This document shows, piece after piece, positions 18,501 through 26,895 of a stretch of DNA of 64,000 nt. A program made the translations under genes and the position numbers. Below the pieces are notes generated by a model. It made no database searches and had not been told where the DNA came from. It saw nothing but the letters and a program-made list of their open reading frames with translations. Location of the stretch: positions 163,880 through 227,879 of the forward strand of contig JBEIPA010000007.1 in assembly GCA_040377305.1 (NCBI GenBank), written 5' to 3'. The DNA is from Flavobacteriales bacterium. GTDB lineage: Bacteria > Bacteroidota > Bacteroidia > Palsa-965. The stretch's first letter is position 1. Every line of letters begins with the position of its first letter.

Positions 18501-19728
18501 AGGAATGCGCGTCATCAATTTCTGTGTCTGGATTATCCGTCAAATGCAACTCATCGCCGTGTACATACACATCGCGATTATCAGGAACCATGAGATTCGG
18601 ATTCCAGTCATTCACTTCTGTGGCAGTTGGATACGTTGCACCAACGGTCTGGAACGTATATCCCGTTGGAAATACAATCGGTGCTGTCGTTGGTGTGGTA
18701 ATAAATACGCCCGAAGGATTGTAAATTATTCGCTCCGAAGGATTGATGGTAGTAAGATCCAAATTGTAATCAAGGTAATATGTGTGTGAAACTCCATCCA
18801 TTGGATCATTCGTTGTGGGAGCATATCCTGAGAATGGTGTTTCACCTGGTCTTGCTAACATAAAACCCCTTAAACTGTACGGTGAGGGCCGAGCGAATAG
18901 ATCGGCATCAGCAGCCTGAGCAGTAGCGTCATTCGGACCGGGTATAACATCTAGCGCAGAACATATCCCGGGAAAATAATGAGCGTCCGGATACGGAAAG
19001 AAATTTATCGTCCCCATGCTATTAGAAGTTTGTGGTGGCGAATCCAAAAATGGTTGAGTCGGATAAATAACCCACGTATGGATAGCGATATCATGTGTAG
19101 ATTGATCAGATTCATCATTGTTAGCAGTGTAGGGATATTTAGATGTCATTCCTCTTGTGTGATCGATTACAAACGAAAAAGAATCAATAACCGGATCGGT
19201 GATTAAACTGCCACAATGCAGATAATAGGTGTGTTTCAGAGCTGTGTGTGGAAACAGATCCCTTCCCACTGGAGGTGTAGAAAGTGTAAAATCTGTGCTT
19301 GCTAATCTGGCATAATCCGACATACTAATGTCATCTTGAAAACCTTTACTAAAAAGTTCTCTTGCCATCCAGGCCGAGGGAATGTAAGGGTCGGGCAAGT
19401 TTAAATTTCTTGTAGTAGAATTCGCATTCCCACAATCTCCTTGACTACAATCAGCAACAAAAGGGAATCCTACAGGCTCAATTTTATAGGATGTTGCCCA
19501 GCCATTTGGTCCAGTGAAAAGGTCCCAGTTCAAGCCGTCATTAAATAACTGGTACTCTCCGGTATATCCCTGATTGGAGGCTCCGAGATTGTATGTGCTA
19601 CTTGCCCAGGAAGTACTGAATGGATTGTATGTGTCGTAAACGTTTTGGGATTGACTAAATAACGGAAACGTTATGATAGCCACTAATATGAGCGCGTTTC
19701 TTCTTGCGAATGGAATTTTCTTTCTCAT
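15589..19728 (-). CDS. Large T9SS type-A cargo: unknown N-terminal region, right-handed beta-helix, helical region, CTD
   Basis: 1379 aa; LTVGAGVNLEFG..AGIIVEKGARLIVNG...WQGVQV, repeated N.F.N turns, IDGGDT helical part, VFPNPTSG...YAEGMLYL...EKLLIIK. GTGA/ATGA-type 4-nt overlap with the next gene. Confidence 0.85.
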   Translation of the reverse strand: MRKKIPFARRNALILVAIITFPLFSQSQNVYDTYNPFSTSWASSTYNLGASNQGYTGEYQLFNDGLNWDLFTGPNGWATSYKIEPVGFPFVADCSQGDCGNANSTTRNLNLPDPYIPSAWMARELFSKGFQDDISMSDYARLASTDFTLSTPPVGRDLFPHTALKHTYYLHCGSLITDPVIDSFSFVIDHTRGMTSKYPYTANNDESDQSTHDIAIHTWVIYPTQPFLDSPPQTSNSMGTINFFPYPDAHYFPGICSALDVIPGPNDATAQAADADLFARPSPYSLRGFMLARPGETPFSGYAPTTNDPMDGVSHTYYLDYNLDLTTINPSERIIYNPSGVFITTPTTAPIVFPTGYTFQTVGATYPTATEVNDWNPNLMVPDNRDVYVHGDELHLTDNPDTEIDDAHSFYTVTENSMMVIERCVTIWDAEIIVENNATLEYWPDELYGNVVITDLPGSILIPHTGYSTVACPYVCTEADLYNDDQYHVNTNTSFTTSNIATYFPGSSPWSAVTGNTVRFSQALVVHSGYTLTVGAGVNLEFGPNAGIIVEKGARLIVNGSSSSGCKLGPACQMEWQGVQVLGDRTLGQGSASTTPQGYLELNYCTLEHARDGITVGDYYTYGTEGGVIRAYNSQFLNNVRDVQFLSYRNFGTANYTLNNISIFSNCDFKTTEYFYDPSLYLDNGVTPTSGIAHVTMYDVKNVQFNDCEFANTNPGNYKPHLRGTAIYGLEAGLRLYANYPCTFEGLSNGVHMQSSGFAAGTVHIAGGTFENNIHSIVLEGTFFSLIYSNDFDVPESPQHGYASSEMNRGYDKPVGVYMIGSTDFRIEDNNFNVGDNSTQISPQNDCSDCSYNIVVHESAVTNPFTSQNYGSGTVYHNVINHASMGVQVQGHNGYGGPSGSTYGLQVMCNDFEEMVNYDFILNGDNNVYSELANQGNCLAGLPELLAGNEYLSSCTSIPDNQIYAEPIFTNGPFDYNEALISNYPQCYNINVQTCAIVPEANPCSSRITLRPYIQHKTTHYNNLRSAQESAANDLSENIDGGDTEQMIDDIKSQSGDELYTILEAASPWLSDEAMLLLVTTSYRENLSEEQLVDILCLNGRLSPVVYDAVLNADPAFESESMTEIENAQEDMGVRELKEREWAAYAFEEDLAANEIAAYAFQTDSLGTGITALQDAYRVPELQNLFLLQLAAREFDDADITLGIIVTALGEESAWTLLAAISLAQQEDDRCWLSATSGEIEIADSIYSIDHERAICARVISTYYSGELVARSPIPLPTGGGSRFAGPTDADESGLAVQTMQVFPNPTSGMATVLIPAALVESGSVLEITNTLGQLIERIPVTSDSPIQLDLNQYAEGMLYLRLTHNDTRLASEKLLIIK

Positions 19729-19921
19729 TTTTTGTTGGATGGTTTTATTTAATCTGTTAATGGTTTTCGTGTTTAGTGTTTACACAGAGCAGCATGAATG
19801 ATCCGAATCTTCTGCATCGTTTCGATCGTAGTCTCACATCTAAATATATCCAAATAAACTATAAATAGAGGGTTCTTAAATAGAGTTACCAAGAATAGAC
19901 GTTTTTGGGAGATTTACCCCA

Positions 19922-20194
19922 ATGAAGTCCGAACTTAAAGACATTGAAGTCCGATATCTAGGTAAACTAATGGATCGGATTGTCCAAATTCGGAAGGAAC
20001 GTGGAATGAGTCAAGAGAAACTGGCAATTGAAAGCGAGATTGCCCGTTCACTCATGCGAGGGTATGAAAGGAAGGAGAGAAATATATCGTTCGCGAATCT
20101 TGTTAGAATTATCAAGTTCGGATTTGATATGACCATCGAAGAATTTTTCTCACAAGGGTTTGACAGCACGGAAAAGAGGAAAAGGCGCAAATGA
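19922..20194 (+). CDS. XRE-family HTH transcriptional regulator
   Basis: RIVQIRKERGMSQEKLA....IARS....YERKERNISFANL. Confidence 0.9.
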   Translation: MKSELKDIEVRYLGKLMDRIVQIRKERGMSQEKLAIESEIARSLMRGYERKERNISFANLVRIIKFGFDMTIEEFFSQGFDSTEKRKRRK

Positions 20195-20206
20195 TTTCTT
20201 GACCAC

Positions 20207-20238
20207 AAAAAAGCGCGAACATCATCCGCGCTTTTTTA
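20207..20238. terminator. Bidirectional terminator
   Basis: aaaaaagcgcg...cgcgcttttttt between the convergent XRE and acyl-CoA dehydrogenase genes. Confidence 0.75.
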
Positions 20239-20260
20239 ATACTGCCTACTGCACTACTGC

Positions 20261-21439
20261 CTACTGAAAAGCATTCAGCCCAGTCACATCCATTCCTGTA
20301 ATCAACAAGTGAATGTCGTGCGTGCCTTCGTAAGTCACAACAGATTCTAAGTTCATCATGTGACGCATGATTGGATATTCTCCGGTGATGCCCATTCCAC
20401 CGAGCATCTGGCGTGCGTTACGTGCAACGGTCAAAGCCATATCCACGTTGTTGCGTTTTGCCATGGAGATCTGTGCAGGTGTTGCGCGGTTTTCGTTTTT
20501 CAGAACACCGAGTCTCCAGCAAAGCAATTGCGCTTTTGTAATTTCTGTGATCATCTCAGCCAGTTTCTTCTGCTGCAATTGGAATCCACCGATTGGACGA
20601 CCGAACTGAATGCGCTCTTTTGAATAACGCAATGCAGTATCGTAGCAATCCATCGCGGCACCGAGTGCACCCCATGAAATTCCGTAACGTGCAGAGTTCA
20701 GACAACCGAGTGGACCTTTCAATCCTTTGATCGTCGGAAAAATATTTTCTTTCGGAACTTTTACGTTGTCGAATACCAACTCGCCGGTTGCAGAAGCACG
20801 AAGCGACCACTTGCCGTGTGTTTCCGGAGTTGTGAATCCTTCCATACCGCGCTCAACAATGAGTCCGCGAATATCACCCGCATCATCTTTCGCCCATACT
20901 ACTGCGATGTCAGCAAACGGTGAATTCGAAATCCACATTTTTGCTCCGTTCAAAAGAACATGATCGCCTTTGTCTTTGTAGTTGGTGAGCATTCCTGCCG
21001 GATTCGATCCGTGATCAGGCTCTGTCAAACCGAAACAACCGATGAGGTCACCAGTCGCAAGCTTCGGTAAGTATTTTTTCTTCTGCTCTTCAGATCCGTA
21101 AGCGAAAATCGGATACATCACGAGTGAACTTTGTACGGATGCCGTAGAACGAATGCCCGAATCGCCGCGCTCAAGCTCCTGCATGATGAGTCCATAGGAA
21201 ATCTGATCGAGACCAGGTCCGCCGTATTCAGCAGGTATATATGGACCGAACGCGCCGATCTCTCCAAGACCTTTGATGATCTGTTTCGGGAACTCTGCTT
21301 TCTGTGCGTACTCTTCAATGATCGGAGAAATGTCTTTCTTCACGTAAGCACGCGCTGTGTCGCGAACGAGTTTTTGCTCGTCGGTCAAAAGTTCGTCTAA
21401 TAGATAGTAATCGGGTGCCTGGAACTGATCGGTTGCCAT
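20261..21439 (-). CDS. gcdH: Acyl-CoA dehydrogenase (glutaryl-CoA dehydrogenase-like)
   Basis: RSTASVQSSLVM, GCFGLTEPDHGSNP, NGAKMWISN, SLRASATG, CLNSARYGI, TYEGTHDIH. Confidence 0.88.
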   Translation of the reverse strand: MATDQFQAPDYYLLDELLTDEQKLVRDTARAYVKKDISPIIEEYAQKAEFPKQIIKGLGEIGAFGPYIPAEYGGPGLDQISYGLIMQELERGDSGIRSTASVQSSLVMYPIFAYGSEEQKKKYLPKLATGDLIGCFGLTEPDHGSNPAGMLTNYKDKGDHVLLNGAKMWISNSPFADIAVVWAKDDAGDIRGLIVERGMEGFTTPETHGKWSLRASATGELVFDNVKVPKENIFPTIKGLKGPLGCLNSARYGISWGALGAAMDCYDTALRYSKERIQFGRPIGGFQLQQKKLAEMITEITKAQLLCWRLGVLKNENRATPAQISMAKRNNVDMALTVARNARQMLGGMGITGEYPIMRHMMNLESVVTYEGTHDIHLLITGMDVTGLNAFQ

Positions 21440-21443
21440 AATT

Positions 21444-21540
21444 GATTAGTTGATATGCTGATTAGTTGATATGCTGATGTTATCCCTTGATCATCAGCTA
21501 ATCAGTCCCGACATATAAATCGGGAGAAATCAGCTAATCG
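21444..21540. repeat. Octamer tandem repeats with inverted partners
   Basis: (gattagttgatatgct)x2 at 21444-21475, with complementary atcagctaatc at ~21493 and ~21529. The same gattagtt motif occurs near 24821 and 57554. Confidence 0.6.
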
Positions 21541-21787
21541 AACGCGGGGCTGCAAAAATAGGCAAAACATCGGCTAGGCTGCAAAATAGTGGTGAGTCTT
21601 GATGGTTGAAAATCAGAACTTTACTATCGGGAATCCAACTTTCACATGAGCACATAGATTCGGACTCAAACCGCCTATCTTTGTAAATACACGCAATTCA
21701 CATAGGAATTCCCGCCAAACGTTTGTTTTATTCCGAGAATGGCAGGAGAATTGCATTAGACAAACTATAAAAACGAAGACACACCAC

Positions 21788-22378
21788 ATGAAAAAATTAC
21801 TGTCAATATTCGCACTGGTTCTTTTTACCGGAACGATTGCTACCGCTCAGATTTATCGCGGCACTACAAACAAGATCACGTTCTTCTCGCACACTGCGTT
21901 GGAAGATATTAGCGCTACTGATACCGTTGCAACTATGCTGCTCAATACCAAGAGCAACACCGTAATTGCAAGTGTTGATGTACGTGGATTCCATTTTTCA
22001 AATCCTCTCATGGAAGAACACTTCAATGAGAATTACATGGAAACCAACAAAGAAGGTGCGAAAGATGCGAAAGGGAAACCAACTTACCCGAATCGTATGG
22101 CAACCTTCAATGGCAAAATCAACGAAACGATTGATTACACGAAAGACGGTACACACAGTGTTACTATGACTGGTGACCTCACCATTCACAACGTGAAGAA
22201 ACCACGTACACTCAACGGAACAGTTACAATCAAAAGTGGTAAGGTTACTATCGATTGCAAGTTCAACGTTCTGCTGGTTGATCATGAAATCACAGTTCCA
22301 ACTGCTGTAGGAGCGAAGATTGCAGAAAGCATCGAGGTGACTATTCACTCGGAGATGACTGCGCCAAAGGCAAAGTAG
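21788..22378 (+). CDS. YceI-family periplasmic protein
   Basis: Signal ..ATA|Q; ITFFSHTALEDI, FHFSNPLMEEHFNENYME, GDLTIHNV. tatctttg at 21676. Confidence 0.9.
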   Translation: MKKLLSIFALVLFTGTIATAQIYRGTTNKITFFSHTALEDISATDTVATMLLNTKSNTVIASVDVRGFHFSNPLMEEHFNENYMETNKEGAKDAKGKPTYPNRMATFNGKINETIDYTKDGTHSVTMTGDLTIHNVKKPRTLNGTVTIKSGKVTIDCKFNVLLVDHEITVPTAVGAKIAESIEVTIHSEMTAPKAK

Positions 22379-22438
22379 ACGACAGACTACAGTCGGGAGA
22401 CGGGAGTAAATTTCGTTTGCCGTGCTGAATAAGAGTTT

Positions 22439-22471
22439 AAAAGGGTTGATCAGATGATCAACCCTTTTTTT
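22439..22471 (+). terminator. Rho-independent terminator
   Basis: aaaagggttgatca-ga-tgatcaaccctttttt. Confidence 0.85.
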
Positions 22472-22528
22472 ATCGACACACTCCCGTCTCACGTCTGTCT
22501 TCTGGAGACCCGAACGTATCTTTGCTGA

Positions 22529-23278
22529 ATGTCGGGTATTGTACGAATCGTCGATCTGTTATTGCAAGCCTCACCGGTTGCAGATCGTTGGCTCACGGAT
22601 ACAACTACTTCCTTCACACCCAAACTCGCTCCCGAACACATTGGCGGCACGTGGATTCACGCACTGATGTTTTCGAGTTTCACGATGCTGGTCATCCTGC
22701 GCGTATTCGATTTCAAAAGATTGCTCTTGCTCTTTCAGGGATTTGTGCGTGCATCATCAGTATCGCAAACGTATAGGGAAGAATCTGCACTCACGAGTCG
22801 CGTTTCGGTTTTTCTGCTCGTGAATTTTCTACTGCTCGGCGGTGTATTCACGTGGCAAACACTCGGCGTTTTATTCGGAAGCTATCCGGAGCCGTCTGCA
22901 GTCTTATGGATTTCTCTAGCAATGCTGTGCATGTATGTGATCAAGATTGTAGGCGTTCGCGTACTCGGATTCATTTTTGAAATGCGTGAAGCCGCGCAGG
23001 AATACATCTACAACATTGTGCTTTTCAACAAAACAATCGGCCTGGTTTTGTTCCCAATTACACTTTGTCTGGCTTATGCCCGACAGCTCCCTCCGGGCGG
23101 ATTAGTGGCGATTGGGCTCTCTTTTTGGGGTTTAGTGCTGATCTACCGATTCGTAAGGCTCTCATGGATAGGCCTCTCCGTTCGAGGGGTTTCCTTTTTG
23201 TACATATTTCTGTACCTTTGCACCCTTGAAATCTTACCGTTTGTGGTAATAATAAAAGTGCTGATTCAATTCAATTAG
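22529..23278 (+). CDS. DUF4271-type integral membrane protein
   Basis: Multiple TM helices, C-terminal FLYLCTLEILP, conserved position upstream of hemD. Confidence 0.85.
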   Translation: MSGIVRIVDLLLQASPVADRWLTDTTTSFTPKLAPEHIGGTWIHALMFSSFTMLVILRVFDFKRLLLLFQGFVRASSVSQTYREESALTSRVSVFLLVNFLLLGGVFTWQTLGVLFGSYPEPSAVLWISLAMLCMYVIKIVGVRVLGFIFEMREAAQEYIYNIVLFNKTIGLVLFPITLCLAYARQLPPGGLVAIGLSFWGLVLIYRFVRLSWIGLSVRGVSFLYIFLYLCTLEILPFVVIIKVLIQFN

Positions 23279-23297
23279 GCGTAACCCAGCGATTAGA

Positions 23298-24068
23298 GTG
23301 GCATCTGCAAAAAACACTGATTCAAAAGTAAAAAGCATCCTGGTGACTCAGCCTAAACCTGAGTCGGATAAATCGCCGTATGCTGACCTACAGAAGAAAT
23401 ACAATCTGAAGATTGACTTCAGGTCGTTCATTCATGTAGAGGGCGTTGCCGCACAGGATTTTCGTCAGCAGCGCGTAAACATTGCTGAACATACTGCAGT
23501 CATTCTTACGTCTCGCAACGCGGTGGATCATTTCTTCCGCATCTGTTCGGAAATGCGCGTTACTGTTCCTGATACGCTGAAGTACTTCTGTATCTCTGAA
23601 TCAACTGCATTCTATCTGCAGAAATACGTTCAGTACCGTAAACGCAGAATCTTCCACGGCAAAGCAACGATCAACGAGCTTATCGACATCATCAAGAAAC
23701 ACAAGGAAGACAAGTTCCTCTATCCATGTACCGATGTACACAAAGAGGATATTCCTGAGATTCTTGACAAGCATAAAATCCAATACTCGAAAGCAGTCAT
23801 CTACCGCACGGTGTGTAGCGATCTTAGTGATCTCGCCGATGTGTTTTATGATGTGCTTGTGTTCTTCAGCCCATCCGGAATTACATCGCTCTACAAGAAC
23901 TTCCCGAAATTCAAGCAGAACAAAACGCGTATTGCTGCCTTCGGTCCTTCAACAGCGAAAGCCGTGGAAGAAGCCGGATTGCGTCTCGACATTCACGCTC
24001 CGAAGCCGGGAACTCCTTCGATGACGATGGCGCTTGAGGAATACATTAAGGCGGCGAACAAGAAGTAA
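23298..24068 (+). CDS. hemD: Uroporphyrinogen-III synthase
   Basis: VKSILVTQPKP, ILTSRNAVDHFF, YLQKYVQYRKR, VFFSPSGI, PSMTMAL. Confidence 0.9.
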   Translation: MASAKNTDSKVKSILVTQPKPESDKSPYADLQKKYNLKIDFRSFIHVEGVAAQDFRQQRVNIAEHTAVILTSRNAVDHFFRICSEMRVTVPDTLKYFCISESTAFYLQKYVQYRKRRIFHGKATINELIDIIKKHKEDKFLYPCTDVHKEDIPEILDKHKIQYSKAVIYRTVCSDLSDLADVFYDVLVFFSPSGITSLYKNFPKFKQNKTRIAAFGPSTAKAVEEAGLRLDIHAPKPGTPSMTMALEEYIKAANKK

Positions 24069-24175
24069 CGTTCACCGTTCTCAGTTGGACCGTTCACCGT
24101 TTTACAGTTCAATCCTGCAACTTCGCGACTCAACACTTCTTTAACGGTGAACTATTTAACGCTTTAACAGTGAAC
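24069..24175. repeat. Inverted heptamer repeat pair (CGTTCAC / GTGAAC)
   Basis: cgttcac cgttctc...cgttcac cgtttta, then ttaacggtgaac...aacagtgaac just before rnpA. Confidence 0.55.
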
Positions 24176-24176
24176 A

Positions 24177-24581
24177 ATGGCATTCACGTTCAACAAGCAA
24201 GAGAAATTAGGTGGTCTCAAGTCATTCGAGATACTCACGAAGAAAGGCCAATCTTTTTTCGCGCATCCTTTTCGCATCGTGTGGATGACAAGCGGTTCTG
24301 ATCAGGAATATCCGGTTCGTATTGCGTTCGCAGTTCCAAAGAGAAATTTCAAATCGGCGGTAAAACGGAATCGCATCAAGCGTCTTCTTCGGGAAGCATA
24401 TCGCCAGCAAAAACACGAGCTGTATTCGGCACTCGAACTAAAGAGTGTTAAAATAGTAGTAATGTTTATCTACACAGGGAAAGAGGTGCCTTCTTACAGC
24501 GAAACAGAGGGTAAAATAATTCTATCTTTACGTCGTTTGTTAAATGCGATTGATGGAGCAGGCAGTCATCCCAAAGCGTAA
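24177..24581 (+). CDS. rnpA: Ribonuclease P protein component
   Basis: [34 protein letters not shown]. Confidence 0.95.
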   Translation: MAFTFNKQEKLGGLKSFEILTKKGQSFFAHPFRIVWMTSGSDQEYPVRIAFAVPKRNFKSAVKRNRIKRLLREAYRQQKHELYSALELKSVKIVVMFIYTGKEVPSYSETEGKIILSLRRLLNAIDGAGSHPKA

Positions 24582-24807
24582 TATTATCAGTCGGTTTTTT
24601 TCTTCGATGATGATTGGGATGATTCGATTTTATCAGGCTGCAATATCACCGCACTTAACCCCTTCCTGCCGCTATACCCCGAGTTGTTCCCAGTACGGAA
24701 CAGAAGCAATTCAGAAACACGGTCCGTTTAAAGGTGGTTGGCTGGCATTGAAAAGAATTCTTCGTTGTAATCCCTGGGGTTCACACGGACATGATCCGGT
24801 CCCATGA
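24544..24807 (+). CDS. yidD: Membrane protein insertion efficiency factor
   Basis: YQAAISP...[11 protein letters not shown]...[25 protein letters not shown]. The start may be slightly downstream. Confidence 0.93.
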   Translation: MRLMEQAVIPKRNIISRFFSSMMIGMIRFYQAAISPHLTPSCRYTPSCSQYGTEAIQKHGPFKGGWLALKRILRCNPWGSHGHDPVP

Positions 24808-24869
24808 ATAGTTGATTTCGGATTAGTTGATTGAATTGACATTTAACAGAGAAAATAAATCCCAATAGC

Positions 24870-26606
24870 ATGAGCATCATTCAGAAAATCAGAAAAGTTG
24901 CGAGAATTGCAGTTATCCCTGCTTGTCTTGCGTTCGGTGGCGCAATCGGATTTGCCGCAGCAACACCAGCTGATGACAACGACGATCACCTGTTCGAGAT
25001 TTCCAAGAACCTGGAAATTTTCGGAACGCTGTTTCAGCAACTGAACAAGTTGTATGTCGACGAGCCGCAACCGGGCGCACTGATGAAAATCGGAATTGAT
25101 GCAATGCTGGCTTCACTCGATCCGTACACACAATTTATTTCTGAAGAGGAAATTGAAGACTACCGTATGGAGACGCAAGGTCACTACGGCGGAATCGGTT
25201 CACTCGTGCGTTATGTTGATGGCAACATGGTGATCGCAGAACCTTACGAAGGATTCGCTGCACAGAAAGCCGGATTGCAGGCAGGTGATGTCATCCTCGA
25301 TGTAAACGGAACCAACGTTGAAGGAAAAGGATACGATGCAGTCGGCAAACTTTTGAAAGGTCTTCCGGGAAGCATTGCAGAAGTAAAAGTTCGTCGCCCG
25401 GGAGAAAATTCTCCAATGACATTCAAAGTTGTGCGTGAAGAAATCGAACAGAAAAATGTTCCGTTCTACACTTTGCTGGAAGGTAACGTGGGTTACATCA
25501 AGCTCGAAGGATTCATGGATGATGCAGCGAAAGAAGTGAAGGCGGCTTTGCTCGATCTGAAATCACAAGGTGCTACTTCAATCTGTCTCGACCTGCGCGA
25601 TAATCCAGGTGGCCTTTTGCGTGAAGCTGTTGCCATCGTGAATTTGTTCGTTGAAAGAAATCTACTCGTGGTAACTATGCGTGGTCGTGTTGCAGAGTGG
25701 GACAAAGAATACCGCACTACAGAAGCTCCGGTTGATCTTACAATTCCACTCGTGGTAATGACCTCGCCGTGGTCTGCATCGGCATCTGAAATTGTTGCAG
25801 GTTCTTTGCAGGATCTGGATCGTGGAGTTGTTGTTGGTCAGCGTTCATACGGAAAAGGCCTAGTGCAGCAAACGATGGGACTTATCTACGGTTCACTTTT
25901 CAAAGTAACTGTCGCGAAGTATTACACGCCAAGCGGACGTTGCGTACAATCGTTGGATTACTCAGAGCGCAATGAAGACGGATCGGTGAAACGTTTCAAT
26001 GATTCACTCATTCGCGAATTCCGCACGAAGAACGGCCGCATTGTTTGGGACGGACTTGGTGTAATTCCTGATGTGGAAATTGCAGAACGCACATTCTCTG
26101 TTCTCGCAGATACACTCGCGTTTAAATCGCACATCTTCAATTACGCAACACAATACAAAATCAAGCACGCAAGCATTCCGAAGTCCAGCGATTTCCGTTT
26201 GAGCGATGCAGATTACGACGAGTTTGTTGCTTGGGTAAAGACCAAGGACTATTCGTATGTAACGAGAGAAGAAGCGGACCTTTTGGAATTTAAGCAACAC
26301 GCCGAGAAAGCAGGCTCATGGGCAACAGTATCAACGGAGTTCGACGCGCTGACCAAAAAAATTCAGGCAGGGAAGGCCGACGACTTCACGGAATTCAAGT
26401 TTGAAATCAGAACACTGCTCGAGTCTGAAATTGCATCACGTTATTACTACCAAAAGGGTCGCGTAGGTTCATCATTGAAAGACGACGCCGACCTGAAGGA
26501 AGCAACTGCAATCCTGAAGGACACGAAACGTTGGAAGTCTATCCTTACCACTGTTGTTCGCACGGAGAAGCCGAAGCAGCGTTCGGAGATGGGCGAAAGA
26601 CATTAG
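24870..26606 (+). CDS. S41 family C-terminal processing peptidase (CtpA-like)
   Basis: LDPYT, PDZ (YGGIG...GLQAGD), LDLRDNPGGLL, SASASEIVAG, YGKGLVQ, KYYTPSGR. Confidence 0.95.
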   Translation: MSIIQKIRKVARIAVIPACLAFGGAIGFAAATPADDNDDHLFEISKNLEIFGTLFQQLNKLYVDEPQPGALMKIGIDAMLASLDPYTQFISEEEIEDYRMETQGHYGGIGSLVRYVDGNMVIAEPYEGFAAQKAGLQAGDVILDVNGTNVEGKGYDAVGKLLKGLPGSIAEVKVRRPGENSPMTFKVVREEIEQKNVPFYTLLEGNVGYIKLEGFMDDAAKEVKAALLDLKSQGATSICLDLRDNPGGLLREAVAIVNLFVERNLLVVTMRGRVAEWDKEYRTTEAPVDLTIPLVVMTSPWSASASEIVAGSLQDLDRGVVVGQRSYGKGLVQQTMGLIYGSLFKVTVAKYYTPSGRCVQSLDYSERNEDGSVKRFNDSLIREFRTKNGRIVWDGLGVIPDVEIAERTFSVLADTLAFKSHIFNYATQYKIKHASIPKSSDFRLSDADYDEFVAWVKTKDYSYVTREEADLLEFKQHAEKAGSWATVSTEFDALTKKIQAGKADDFTEFKFEIRTLLESEIASRYYYQKGRVGSSLKDDADLKEATAILKDTKRWKSILTTVVRTEKPKQRSEMGERH

Positions 26607-26629
26607 GAGACGACAGACAGGACATTAGA

Positions 26630-26771
26630 TCCTTGGGCTAAAGCCGCAAGGTTATCAATGGCAAGTGCTTTTGGAGAATGAGCAAGGGGAAAAATGGCTA
26701 AGCCATTTTTCCCCTTGCTCATATCAATAGACAACTATGGCCGCTATAACCGTGTGGCTTCAGCCCACGGA
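26630..26771. repeat. Three-hairpin REP/REPIN-like element
   Basis: tccttgggctaaagccgcaaggttat (26630-26655), a perfect 22-bp inverted repeat at 26678-26722, and ataaccgtgtggcttcagcccacgga (26746-26771), an imperfect inverted copy of the first hairpin. Confidence 0.7.
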
Positions 26772-26895
26772 ACCCAAAAGAACTTCCGTCTATCGTCTCA
26801 CGTCTTTTTTCAGTCCTCAGCACAATACATCAGGAATAAATTCGTTCCACCCACTTTTCATTCGGAAACGCTATTTTCGCAACGCACACCTGTAC

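Noticed and set aside
14135-20240. Prophage or integrative element around the XRE gene
   Set aside because: No integrase, tRNA target, att-like direct repeats or phage genes are visible.
23298-26606. rnpA-yidD without rpmH/yidC as an unusual arrangement
   Set aside because: hemD-rnpA-yidD-S41 peptidase is an ordinary Bacteroidota gene order.
26737-26895. N-terminal extensions in the track for the ligase (also 41390-41593, 45827-45952, 52198-52269, 54482-54607, 58552-58695)
   Set aside because: They run through repeats, promoters or neighbouring genes and precede clear signal peptides or TM starts.
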